The position numbers and the translations under genes are program-made. The notes beneath the pieces are model-generated. The model searched no databases. It worked only from the letters and a program-made list of their open reading frames with translations, and was not told the origin of the DNA. DNA of 64,000 bases from Eledone cirrhosa (taxonomy: Eukaryota). Where the stretch lies: positions 11,780,001-11,844,000 of the forward strand of contig OZ024740.1 in the NCBI GenBank assembly GCA_964016885.1. The letters run 5' to 3'. Positions 10,801-26,920 of the stretch are shown piece by piece; within the stretch, counting starts at the first letter, position 1; each line of letters begins with the position of its first letter.

Positions 10801-12070
10801 AGATAATTGCCAGCTATTTCGTTCACCGCTTCCAATTCCAATTTAGTGGGTTCTTTACTGACTCTAGTGTTGTATGGTCTGTCACTCACATTAAGGCTGT
10901 GTATCTCTTGAAACATATCGTTCCATATCACTTGTAGGGTGCCCACAAGTTTTTGATGCTCTGTTTGTTCAGTAGAGTCCTGAATTTCAGCCCCGTTGTT
11001 GATGTGGTGACAATTACTACTAGAGTTAGCTGACCTTTCTCGCTGTTCTTCAGTGGAAGTGGGATGGATTTCAGCAAAATTGTTGGTGAGCTGTTCACTG
11101 TTAGATTTAGCTGGCCATTCTCTTTGTCTGTCAGTGGAGGTGGGGTGGTTGTCTACAAGGGCTGTATTTGTAGTATCACTCGATTCCGTTAGATGTATCA
11201 ATTTACATCTAATGATACGTTTTGCCTGTTCATTTAAATGCTTTGGAGAAAAGTCTAATTCTGGGTGTTTGGAGTTCCATAAAGTTTTTAGCCTTTGCAT
11301 AAAACCGAACTTTTGGGGTTCAGATTGTTTGTATGCTTCATATAATTCTTTGTTAAGCTCGTAGCTCCACTGTATACAACGGTTGTAATTGCGATTTGGT
11401 CGAAGGAGACTTGTACTTTTTGCCATGATGAGTTCGTCTATTCACTAATATTTTGTATTTATTTTTTTTAAATAGTCGATGATCTTCTTTAAAAGTTACG
11501 ACAAAGTTCTGTCAGAATCAAATTTAAAGTTATTCACAGCTTGGGTAATATTTCTTTTCAGTTAGTTTTTAATTCTACAACTGTGTTTTAAACGTTGTTC
11601 TTGAATCGTTTGAATCGAGAACAAAAAGAACCGTTACTTAGTATATTCCTTTACGAATGTAATATAATATAACAACACTGTATTTATATGTTAAAGTTTA
11701 TGTATCATTCATATAAATAGGTGTTCTACAACATATTCACAACATTCACAGTTCAAACACTTATATTTTTGTTTCTGAATCGAAAACATTACTTTTATAT
11801 TTCTTTATAAATGTAATATAACAACGTTGCATTTATATGTTAAAGTATATGTATCGTTCATATATCATAAGTGTATGTATCGTTCATATAAATAGGTGTT
11901 TTACAACACACAGTTCACACACTTATGTAGAATTATTGTATGTAATCTTACCGCGTAATGTAGCTCAACTTTTTCGTAGCTCAACTTTTTCCAATATATG
12001 GTATGTTGCCTTCATGTAAGCCGTAATTACACACGTCCGATTATCGGACACTGACCACAACGGTCGCCAT
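7831..12070 (-). mobile_element. Apparently full-length RLE-type non-LTR retrotransposon, R4/Dong-like clade
   Basis: Single long ORF with ~640-bp 5' UTR and ~85-bp 3' UTR, bounded by TATG-type microsatellite on both sides. Confidence 0.85.
7917..11426 (-). CDS. RT + CCHC zinc knuckle + restriction-like endonuclease polyprotein (1169 aa)
   Basis: NYRPIAC, WLDYQKAFDSVPH, GIFQGDSLS, LFFVDDLKLY, YRYLG, CRLC-x8-H-x4-C, RHD, RPD-x12-E...EK-x2-IY. No internal stop codon. Confidence 0.92.
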   Translation of the reverse strand: MAKSTSLLRPNRNYNRCIQWSYELNKELYEAYKQSEPQKFGFMQRLKTLWNSKHPELDFSPKHLNEQAKRIIRCKLIHLTESSDTTNTALVDNHPTSTDRQREWPAKSNSEQLTNNFAEIHPTSTEEQRERSANSSSNCHHINNGAEIQDSTEQTEHQKLVGTLQVIWNDMFQEIHSLNVSDRPYNTRVSKEPTKLELEAVNEIAGNYLKAIRSKGVETTFETLNVLLYVSAVTLLSYNTHLKPRNQDTNRKPEPAWMRNLKSKILSLRRSISHIAVVMKCNIERNFTRHQEDLKKKLERRFGDTKFKTLNSKLHQLKQQLTATTERLKYKSTAHKRQVLNRLFARDPKSVYRSFGGKSSIPVNDTPSKEQVENYWRSVWETDDGFNRQANWLKQLEQDYCQHVQTKQYDIDGSILETALQKMSNRKSPVPDLITGYWLKNFTFYRQDLIRLFTETIKGTQELPRWLSTATTLLIPKNSQTTLAKNYRPIACQNIMYKLYTGCLNLFLQDHCATNNIITPEQAGGKREVWGCIDHLLTNKMIQEKTTKNRRNMTVVWLDYQKAFDSVPHGWIIKALQLAKVPQPLVAAVERLTKNWYTNLILRGEKEQVKTDRIHYQKGIFQGDSLSVLLFVLSLNPLSYLLRKQGGQRSGPRSISHLFFVDDLKLYGPNINDIKKQLDLITQFSTDIKMKFGESKCAYLAVKRGRAVPSSRNLDMNGLTIQPLQSGDNYRYLGQDENVRYDGPINKERTRTEYLRRVKKIWSSELSAYNKYIAHNTYAVPILTPTFGLLNWSLQELSEMDVRTRKLLSVTGNFNINGDVDRLYFSRKEGGRGLKSILTTYETRIVTLKQHLQQRKKVGDHLAQVYEHEKRNIIRIATDLEERYGIKPDINLSPREIGRSYSMFKQEKKIDQFTEKVVHGYLRRKTQTIEGINHSKSLAWSSDKFMTSHLEGYLYAIQEQELPTKYLLHKRGGPAADNKCRLCKTKIEDVSHIVASCERMSSRYYLPMRHDGIARTIWNALRKTKLTTNEEEYIETDGTKEYWWNLKIKTATKLKHNRPDIVVWDHTLKTCSVVEISCPLDVNVVRKIQEKEDIYGPLMRSLQIQYPRYTFSFIPIIIGATGYIPTRLEQSMTELGFADKKRSSLIHSLQMAAIAGTFKICKTFLRFKG

Positions 12071-12553
<483 letters not shown>

Positions 12554-13965
12554 AACTTTGAAATGTTTTGGCCAGTATTGGCCCAGGCCATGTCTAACTT
12601 AATAGCACCACCTGGCGAAGTCTTTCAATTCAGGATTTGGGCACCATGGCCCATTCGAGAAGAGAATTACTGTTTGCGGAGACATATCCGGGTGTGGGTG
12701 GTTTGTCCGGGATTACTTGGAGGAATTTGTCAAAAGACTTCTTGAATTTTGTGTGGTCAGTTTCTGTTTTGACGTGTCCTGGTGTGATGTTGAAGAGAGC
12801 AGGGCCGATTGAGGTGAAATAATTGTGCCGTATTGTTGTTATGAGTTGCGATTTAGATTTTTGAATGGGACGGATAGCACGGGGCCCAAGCCTTGGGTGT
12901 ATCTTGAAGGCGATGCCAACATCATTTGGGCAGTGATGATGGAACATTTTCCACATCATGCAGATAATATAACGCTCACGGCGACGTTGGAGTGAGTAAA
13001 GTTTCAGGTTTTCCAATCGACCCCAGTAGTCAAGGTCTGACATGCCATCTATCTTTTTCGTGATTGCCCTTTGAGGAGCTTCAAGTTTCGTGATACTTTG
13101 TTTCGTGTGGGGGGACCACAGTGGACAACAGTATTCAAGGTGTGGTCGGGCAAAAGTAGAGAAGGATAATGGTGTGGGAATCTCTCGACTGGAAGGTTCT
13201 GAGGATCCAGGAACACATTCTGCGGGCCATGTCAACTTTGCTGCTTATATGCGTGGCCCAGCTTATGTTGCTGTCCACGGTTACTCCCAAGTCTCTGATG
13301 TTGTTAGATGCCACGAGAGTTTCCCCGGAGGGAAGGGAGTACGGGAGTTTCAGAGCATCCTCTTTTCCAAAGTGGATCAGTTCGAATTTGTCTTCGTTCA
13401 GTAACATGTTGTTCTTTTCCGCCCATTGGGTAACAGCCAGTAGGTCTGACTGAAGGCTTATCCGGTCATCCACGCCATTGATGACCTTTTGGAGCTTGGA
13501 ATCATCAGCGAAAATTTTAATGTTGCTGTGTTTGATGATGTCAGTGATGTCATTAATATAGATGAAGAGAAGTGGGCCCAACACAGTGCCTTGTGGGACC
13601 CCACTGCTGACTTTGGCTGGGCTGGATTTGACTCCTTCAACTACAACATGTTGGGTTCTATTTGACAGGAAGCTCTTGATCCACTGCAGCAGCTTTCCAG
13701 TGACACCAATATTGGACAGCTTTCTCAGTAGAATGTTATGATCAACCCTGTCAAAGGCCTTGCTGAAATCAAGGTAGATAACATCAGTGTTGGAACCCTC
13801 TCCCAAGGCTCTCAAAATGTCATCAAAGTGATGCAGTAGTTGCGTCAGGCAATCCCTTCCATTACGAAATCCATGCTGGTTGGAGTTCAGCATATTGTTA
13901 CTCTCAAGGAAGTGGGTCATTCGCGATCTCACCACTCTCTCAAATACCTTAATGATATGAGAGGT
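12554..13965 (-). mobile_element. 5'-truncated CR1/L2-group LINE (family C) with small frameshifts
   Basis: [40 protein letters not shown]. Near-identical to 41421-42832. Confidence 0.9.
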
Positions 13966-13986
13966 GTATGTATATATGTATATATG

Positions 13987-14019
<33 letters not shown>

Positions 14020-14058
14020 GTATATATATATATGTATGTATATATATGTATATATATG

Positions 14059-14145
<87 letters not shown>

Positions 14146-14467
14146 GTGTATGTATATATATATGTGTGTATATATATATATGTATGTATATATATGTGTA
14201 TGTATGTATATATATATGTGTATGTATGTATATATATGTGTATGTATGTATATATATATGTGTATGTATGTATATATTTATGTGTATGTATGTATATATA
14301 TATGTGTATGTATGTATATATATATATGTGTATGTATGTATATATATGTGTGTATGTATGTATATATATATGTGTATGTATGTATATATATATATATGTA
14401 TGTATATATATATATATATGTATGTATATATATATGTATGTATATATATATATATATGTATGTATAT
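13966..14467. repeat. Irregular (TA)n/(TATG)n microsatellite
   Basis: Direct observation. Confidence 0.95.
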
Positions 14468-14893
14468 GGCCATCCAAAATCACCGGGAGAGATGACCCCT
14501 TAGCCTTTGTCAAGGCAGAATTCTAGGAGAAGGAAAACTCTGATATAACACCTGCAACACTGATGGTATCCAATGATGTTGACTTGTTCTTCTTTTTGGT
14601 AAATATCATCTTGGTTAAGAGAGTGGGACTGGCTTTGTGCAGTGCCTTTGCTCACTATAAAAGCTTCACGGCACAGGCATTGCTTTATATCTGGAGATCT
14701 CTCTGCACTTGTCGTCACATGGTACCATGGGCCCAGCACTATGTGTCAATAATTGTCACAAGTGTAGTGTTTGTACCAGAGTTTTCAAGTCGCTGGCTGG
14801 ACTAAAAAGTCACACTCGTTCAGCGCATCGGTAGGGGTTCTCCTACATGGATATAAAGTAGTGGCCGTACTCGAAAACGAGTTGGCAGCCACC
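14468..14893 (+). mobile_element. Non-autonomous bipartite RTE-derived element (5'-truncated copy)
   Basis: RTE 5'-UTR-like motif ctaggagaaggaaaactctgat joined to a C-terminal C2H2 remnant ([23 protein letters not shown]) and a short 3' UTR. Other copies at 30567-31010 and 62990-63435. Confidence 0.65.
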
Positions 14894-17268
<2,375 letters not shown>

Positions 17269-19563
17269 TGGGGCTGACTGGAAGAAGATTAAGAGTGAAA
17301 TCCGGAAGCAAACATGGAGTGCAAACATCGCCACACAAGACACTAACACACAATTTCAACACTTCATGACAATGATACACACCATATGCAAAAAGTGTGT
17401 CCCGGAGAAAGAGGCAAACAGACACAAAAATCTTATTCCCAGAGATAAGAAAATCCTTATGAGACGTAGAACTAAACTCTCAAACCAGTTGAATAGTCAA
17501 CAAAACCAAAACAAGAAGGAATCCTATTAGAAACGTGCACTACTTGACACCGAGATTGCACTCAAGCTTTCACATGAGAATGAGAGGGCAAGGAAAGAGA
17601 ACAGGGCCATAGAAAACATTAAAACAAACCCTAAGGCCTTCTTTAAATTTGCAAAAGAAACTGCCTCAGTACACTGCAAGATTGGACCACTCTTCCACAC
17701 GGACGGTTCATTAACCAAAAATCCCCAAGAGATATGTGAAATACTGAACGAACAGTACAAAAGTGTCTTCACATGTCCACTGAGGCACATGCAAATAACG
17801 AAGCCAGAGGAGTTCTTTGATGCCACAACACTACATCAAGAACTGGCAACCATCAACCACATAGACATAACGGAGGAGGATGTGGTGTACGCCATTGATG
17901 AAATTAGAACAGACTCGGCTGCTGGACCTGATGGATTCCCAGCAGTTCTCCTAAAAATATGTAAGCGGGCCTTAGCAACTCCACTGAAGATGCTCTTCAG
18001 AAGCTCCTTGGCTAGCGGTGTACTACCCAGGGAGCTGAAAGAAGGCACAATATGCCCTATCCATAAAGGAGGTAGTAGAGCGGAGGCCAAGAACTATAGG
18101 CCAGTCTCCCTGACGTCGCATATCAGTAAGGTCATGGAGCGAGTCGTCAGAAAGAAACTAATCACTTTCCTCGAAGAAAATGACCGCCTGACTAGCACGC
18201 AACATGGCTTCCGCCCAGGAAGAAGCTGCCTTACACAGCTGCTACATCACTACGACTGGGTACTGAGACAACTACTAGACAGCTCACATGTAGATGTGAT
18301 ATATCTTGACTTTGCGAAGGCCTTTGACAAGGTCGACCACAGAATGATATGTCACGAACTACACGGACTCGGCATAACTGGAAAAGTAGGTGAGTGGCTG
18401 CATGGCTTCCTAAGGGACAGAAGCCAGGCAGTCGCAGCAAATGGGGCCCTCTCGAGGGAAACACCGATAACAAGTGGGGTGCCTCAGGGGACAGTCCTGG
18501 GACCACTACTGTTTTTGGTGGCTCTCTTGGACATGCCCTCTGTGGTGCATGCAACAACATCCCTCACTAGCTATGCTGAGGACACTAAGGTAGCACAGGC
18601 AATCAAAAACCCGGCTGACGCTGCCCTCTTACAGCAGGATCTGGATGCCATATACAGATGGGCGGAAGAAAACAACATGCAGTTTAATGCTGGCAAATTC
18701 CAAGCCCTACAATACAAACCTGCAAACACAAACACAAATATAGCGGAACACAGCTACACAGGACCACGAGGGACCGATATCCCCGTGTCAAAATCGATAC
18801 GAGACCTGGGCATAGACATGAGCGATGATGCATCTTTTTCTTCACACATCATGAAGGTGGCGACAGCATGTAGACGATTCGCTGGCTGGATCTTGAGGAC
18901 TTTCCTTACAAGAGATCGAGACACCATGTTGACACTGTGGAGGACTTTTGTCCTAAGCCGCCTGGACTACTGCTCCCAGCTGTGGTCACCCCGTAGTGTC
19001 AAACTAACCACAGAGCTTGAGGCAATCCAGCGATGCTACACCAAGAGGATTGCCAAGATGAGGGAGACAAGCTACTGGGAGAGGCTGAAGGAACTGAACC
19101 TCTACTCCTTGGAGCGAAGACGGGAGAGATACGCAGTGATCTACATGTGGAAAATCCTGGAGGGACTAGCACCAAACTTTGGCATTGGGAGCTGGACCAA
19201 CCGTCGAACAGGACGTCACTGTGTGGTGCCAAAGGTCCCGTCTTCCACATCTAGAATAAGGAGCAGGTATTGCAATAGCCTGGGATTCAAGGGCCCTCAA
19301 CTCTTCAACAGGCTGCCGAGGCATCTGCGAGACTTGCATGACGTGGAGGTGGATGTCTTTAAGAAACATCTCGACACCTTGTTATCCAGGATCCCGGATG
19401 AGCCCACAGCAAGACACGAGGGAAACCTAAGGGCAGCAGCAACAAACTCCCTCCTACACCAGTGGCCAACCTATACAGGCTGGAGATAAAATGTGTAGCA
19501 ACAAGGGCGGTGCTCCAGCATGGCCTCAGCCGGATGGCTGAAACAGGTACAAGAGTAAAAGAG
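17269..19563 (+). mobile_element. 5'-truncated CR1/L2-group LINE (family D); RT ORF 17789-19489
   Basis: SAAGPDG, NYRPVSLTS, YLDFAKAFDKVDH, GVPQG and YAED (catalytic YADD mutated). In-frame TAG at 17528. 3' stem-loop tail. Confidence 0.9.
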
Positions 19564-20737
<1,174 letters not shown>

Positions 20738-21850
20738 TGTCCTAAATGCAAAGTATGGGTGCATAAAAGATGTAGTGGGATCACAGGTAAGCTAACTAAG
20801 AACATAGATTTTACATGTGGCCGGTGTTCTGGTGCAATAAGTAGCAGCAAGTGCCCACAAAATACTAGCTCTTTCAATTGCGCAGAGGGTTCTATAGAAA
20901 TAGTGGACAGCTTCCGTTACCTGGGCGATAAAATCAGCAGTGGGGGAGGGTGCTCTGAAAGTACTGTAGCTAGAGTCAGAACTGGTTGGAAAAAGTTCAG
21001 AGAGCTTATACCACTATTAGCTGCTAAAGGGTTCTCCCTAAAAATGAAAGGCAGGTTGTACGATGCCTGCATACGAACAGCAATGTTGCATGGTAGTGAG
21101 ACCTGGGCATTGTGTGCAGAGGATATACGCAGACTAGAGAGGAACGAAGCTTGCATGCTCCGCTGGATGTGTAACAGTAATATACGTGAACGGCAAAGCA
21201 TAAACGAACTAAGGAAAAAAATTAGAGATAAGAGGGATCAGATGTTGTTTACTCGAGAGAAGGCTGCGTTGGTATGGACACGTGATGCGCATGAAAGTCG
21301 ATAGCTGTATAACAAAGTGCAGGGCAATAAAGATAGACGGTAGCCACGGAATAGGCAGACCTAGAAAAACATGGGATGAGCTGATAAACTCCGACCTCAC
21401 ACACTTACACCTCTCCAAGACAATGTCACTGGACCGAGACCTTTGGCGGTACTCAGTAACAGAGAAGACCCACCTTGCCAGTAGGCATCTCTAACAAAAT
21501 ACACCCCGTCCCGCCACCACCCCCACCCCATCCACATCACCCCGTTCTATGTAAAGTTATGTTGGTGCCGCGCCATCCAGGCCGAAACAAATGAGATCGT
21601 GTAGGTGTCACGACAAAAAAACACACAGTCCACGCTGTAATGTGGCCGTGTAGGCAACACGGTAAAAACCTCCCAGACCCACACTGTAAATGTGGTTGGT
21701 GTTAGGAAGGGCATCCAACTGTAGAAAACCTGCCAGACAGTCCTATGCGAGCAAGACAATCACTCTTGCCTCAAGTGGGACTACCCCCGTCCAAACCCAT
21801 GCAAGCGTGGAACACGGACGTTAAACGTTGATGATGATGATGATGATGAT
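20738..21850 (+). mobile_element. RTE family A 3' fragment with (GAT)n tail
   Basis: Starts inside the PHD finger ([12 protein letters not shown]). Near-identical to 44401-45523. Confidence 0.9.
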
Positions 21851-21852
21851 AC

Positions 21853-23240
<1,388 letters not shown>

Positions 23241-23249
23241 CACAATTTC

Positions 23250-26200
23250 CCTCCCCCCCACCCCCACACACCACCATAGTCTATTCGACCAATCAAACCT
23301 AGCATGCCATTTCCACTGCTGCTGCTGCTACTACCTGCCTAACTAACTCTCTCTTCCTCTGGCGCATCCCAACACACCCTGCCATTACCCCACCACCACT
23401 GTCCTTCTAGCCCTCAATTTTCCCACCGTTATGGATGGATGAGCTGGGAATACACGAGCAACTCTGAATCAATAGATGAAATATGAATCGGCGAGCTACC
23501 AAGCACCCACGTGAAGCGCCAACCCAGAGACCCTCCCCTACGAGTGTCGACAAATGCCCAAAACTCCGAGTTGGTACCATCAATGTAGGCTCAATGAAAG
23601 GAAGAGCAGGAGAAATCGTAGAAATGCTAGAGCGAAAGGAAGTTGATGTATGCTGTGTGCAAGAGACTAGATGGAGAGGAGGGTCTGCTAGAGTCCTTGT
23701 AGGAAAAAGCCAGTGCTACAAATTTTTCTGGGTGGGAAATGACGATGGGATGGGTGGTGTAGGTATACTATTAGCTGACAAGTGGGTAGATAAAGTAATC
23801 TCAGTGTACAGGGTAAATGCAAGAATCATTAAACTCAGACTAGTCCTGAATAAGACAATTACCACAATAATATCAGCTTACGCACCCCAATCGGGGCTGC
23901 CAGACGAACTTAAGGATAGGTTTTACGAGTCCCTAATACACACTACTGCTCTAACAGACGACAAGGACTTCCTAATCATTGCAGGAGATTTTAACGGACA
24001 CGTAGGTAAACACTGCGACGGCTTCAATAGAGTACATGGAGGCCATGGAGTTGGCACAAGGAATGAGGAAGGATTCAGACTTCTAGAATTCTGCGACGCC
24101 AATGACATGTCGATATGTAACACAAACTTTAAAAAACCCGACAACCACCTGATCACCTATAGATCAGGGGAGCACTCTAGTCAGTTAGATTTTATCCTCA
24201 TCAGAGGACGTGACAGATGGACGGTCGTAAACACAAAAGCCTTCCCTAGTGAGGAATGTACATCCCAACATAGCTTAGTTGTCAGCGACATCACGGTCAG
24301 AACTAGACGAGCCCTGAAACAGAGGCCAACCTGGAGAAGAAAGATCTGGAAGCTGAAAGTCCCCTCAACCAGTAACAGATTTAAAGATATTTTACTCAAC
24401 GCCTACGACAGTAAAGAAGAACAGATAGAGACATTTAACGTAGAAGAGAACTGGGAGTTCCTAAAAAATAACTTACTAGAGGCGACGGATGAGGTTTGTG
24501 GCTGGAGTAAGACCTCAAGCAGGAGGAGAGTGACTTGGTGGTGGAACAATAAGGTAGATGAAGCAGTCAAGGCCAAGAGACAGGCATGGAAAGAATGGAA
24601 GAACGGGGGGAGCAGGGTACATTACATAGAGACCAAGAGGGAAGCTAGGCGACAAGTATACTTAGCTAGGAGGGAAGCAGAGGATAGAAAATTCAAGCAT
24701 GTTTTACAACGTGAGGACCAGAAACAGGAGGTATTCAAGATTGCGAGGCAGTGTGTCAGAGATAGTTGTGATGTCATTGGAGAGAAGTGTATCCGGAATG
24801 ATAAAGGTGAGCTTGCCCTCACAAGTGCTGAGAAGAAAGATGCATGGAAGAGTCATTATGATAGATTACTAAATGAGGAGAATGCATGGGAAGAAGAGAC
24901 CCTACCCCACGTAGACCCTATAGAGGGACCAGCAGTACAAGTCAGCGGCAGCGTAGTAAGTAAGGCAATCAGAGATATGAAGATAGGGAAGGCAACCGGT
25001 CCATCGGGTATAGCTGCCGAGATGCTGAAGGCATCTGGGTCTGTAGGTCACACTATAACCACACGTATCGTTAACCAGGTAATACTAGAGGGGGCCATAC
25101 CAAAAGATTGGTGCAGTAGCATCATTGTCAACTGCTACAAAGGTAAAGGCGATGCACTAGATAGAGGAAACTATAGAGGTATAAAGTTGATGGACCAGGT
25201 CATGAAAGTAACAGAAAGAGTTATAGCACAGCTGATTAGGGACCGGGTGAATATAGACGAGATGCAATTTGGGTTTGTTCCAGGGAAAGGCACCACTGAT
25301 GCGCTCTTCCTTGTGAGGCAATTACAGGAAAAGTACCTAGCTAAAAGTAAGCCACTCTACTTGGCATTTGTCGACCTTGAGAAAGCCTTTGACAGAGTTC
25401 CACGTGCAGTAATCTGGTGGGCTCTTAGAAAACTAGGAGTAGATGAATGGCTTGTGAAAGCGGTACAAGCCATGTATAGGGGAGCAGTCAGCAAAGTTAG
25501 GATTGGCAATGAGTATAGCGAGGAATTTAGCGTACAGGTTGGGGTCCACCAGGGCTCTGTTCTTAGCCCTCTCCTGTTCATCATAGTCCTGCAGGCAATA
25601 ACGGAGGAGTTTAAGACCGGATGCCCATGGGAACTCCTGTATGCTGATGACCTCGCACTCATAGCTGAATCTATGGTAGAACTAGAGAATAAATTCCAAA
25701 CCTGGAAGCAGGGACTAGAGAGAAAGGGCCTCAAAGTCAACATGACAAAGACTAAGGTCCTTATAAGTAGACGAGAAAACAGAACCCAGATCCCCTCAGG
25801 GAAATGGCCTTGCTCAGTATGTAGGAAAGGTGTAGGTAGGAACTCCATTCTTTGCCCCAAATGCAAACAATGGGTACACAAGAGATGTAGCGGGATCTCA
25901 GGAAGCTTAATTAAGAATGTAGGATTCACATGCAGCAGCTGTGCTGAAACAGCAAGCAAACAGCCACAGGAAACAAGTACCACCAATCTCTGGGAGGGCC
26001 CTGTAGAAACAGTAGACAGCTTCTGCTACCTAGGTGACCGAATTAGCAACGGAGGTGGGTGCTCAGAAAGTACAATAACTAGGGTAAGAACGGGATGGAA
26101 GAAGTTTAGGGAACTACTACCACTGCTAGCTGCAAAAGGCTTCTCCCTCAGAATGAAAGGCAGACTGTATGATGCGTGTATCCGAACAGCGATGTTGCAT

Positions 26201-26908
26201 GGTAGTGAGACCTGGGCGCTGAAGGTGGAAGACTTACGTAGATTAGAGAGAAACGAAGCCTGCATGCTCCGATGGATGTGTAACAGTAATATACGTGAAC
26301 GACAAAGCATAAATGAATTGAGAGAGAGACTGAGCATAAGAGGAATCAAATGCTGCGTGCAGGAGAGGCGGTTACGCTGGTATGGACATGTGATGCGTAT
26401 GAAGGATGACAGCTGCATAAAAAGGTGCAGAGCACTAGAAGTTGATGGAAACCGCGGAGTGGGGAGACCCAAGATGACTTGGGATGAGGTGATAAAAGCC
26501 GACCTTACCCAACTACACCTCTCAAAGTCAATGACACACGACCGTGACTTCTGGCGTCACGCAGTAATACAGGGTACCCGACCTCCCATGGGTACATGCT
26601 GAAGCATATAAACAATATGCCCCCCCCCCCCCACCACCGCAAGGTGGTCGTGGAGGTGCCACGGCAAAAAAGCACCCAGCCCACACTGTAAAGTGGACGT
26701 GTAGGCGCCACGAAAAAGCACCCAGCACTCACTGTAAATGAGGTTGGTGTTAGGAAGGGCATCCAGCTGTAGAAATCAAGCCAGATCAGTTCCTGTATGA
26801 GCAAGGCATGGTCAGCCGACCAGACACTGCCCACAACAGGACAACCCGTCTAACCCATGCTAGCGTGGAAGAACGGACGTAAAACGGTGATGATGATGAT
26901 GATGATGA
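23250..26908 (+). mobile_element. Full-length RTE LINE (family B)
   Basis: 5' UTR, intact ORF, 3' UTR with aggttggtgttaggaagggcatccagc and a (GAT)n tail running into (TA)n. The 5' boundary is uncertain. Confidence 0.92.
23483..26602 (+). CDS. RTE ORF: APE endonuclease + RT + PHD-type finger (1039 aa)
   Basis: [81 protein letters not shown] and GRP. Uninterrupted. Confidence 0.95.
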   Translation: MNRRATKHPREAPTQRPSPTSVDKCPKLRVGTINVGSMKGRAGEIVEMLERKEVDVCCVQETRWRGGSARVLVGKSQCYKFFWVGNDDGMGGVGILLADKWVDKVISVYRVNARIIKLRLVLNKTITTIISAYAPQSGLPDELKDRFYESLIHTTALTDDKDFLIIAGDFNGHVGKHCDGFNRVHGGHGVGTRNEEGFRLLEFCDANDMSICNTNFKKPDNHLITYRSGEHSSQLDFILIRGRDRWTVVNTKAFPSEECTSQHSLVVSDITVRTRRALKQRPTWRRKIWKLKVPSTSNRFKDILLNAYDSKEEQIETFNVEENWEFLKNNLLEATDEVCGWSKTSSRRRVTWWWNNKVDEAVKAKRQAWKEWKNGGSRVHYIETKREARRQVYLARREAEDRKFKHVLQREDQKQEVFKIARQCVRDSCDVIGEKCIRNDKGELALTSAEKKDAWKSHYDRLLNEENAWEEETLPHVDPIEGPAVQVSGSVVSKAIRDMKIGKATGPSGIAAEMLKASGSVGHTITTRIVNQVILEGAIPKDWCSSIIVNCYKGKGDALDRGNYRGIKLMDQVMKVTERVIAQLIRDRVNIDEMQFGFVPGKGTTDALFLVRQLQEKYLAKSKPLYLAFVDLEKAFDRVPRAVIWWALRKLGVDEWLVKAVQAMYRGAVSKVRIGNEYSEEFSVQVGVHQGSVLSPLLFIIVLQAITEEFKTGCPWELLYADDLALIAESMVELENKFQTWKQGLERKGLKVNMTKTKVLISRRENRTQIPSGKWPCSVCRKGVGRNSILCPKCKQWVHKRCSGISGSLIKNVGFTCSSCAETASKQPQETSTTNLWEGPVETVDSFCYLGDRISNGGGCSESTITRVRTGWKKFRELLPLLAAKGFSLRMKGRLYDACIRTAMLHGSETWALKVEDLRRLERNEACMLRWMCNSNIRERQSINELRERLSIRGIKCCVQERRLRWYGHVMRMKDDSCIKRCRALEVDGNRGVGRPKMTWDEVIKADLTQLHLSKSMTHDRDFWRHAVIQGTRPPMGTC

Positions 26909-26920
26909 TATATATATATA

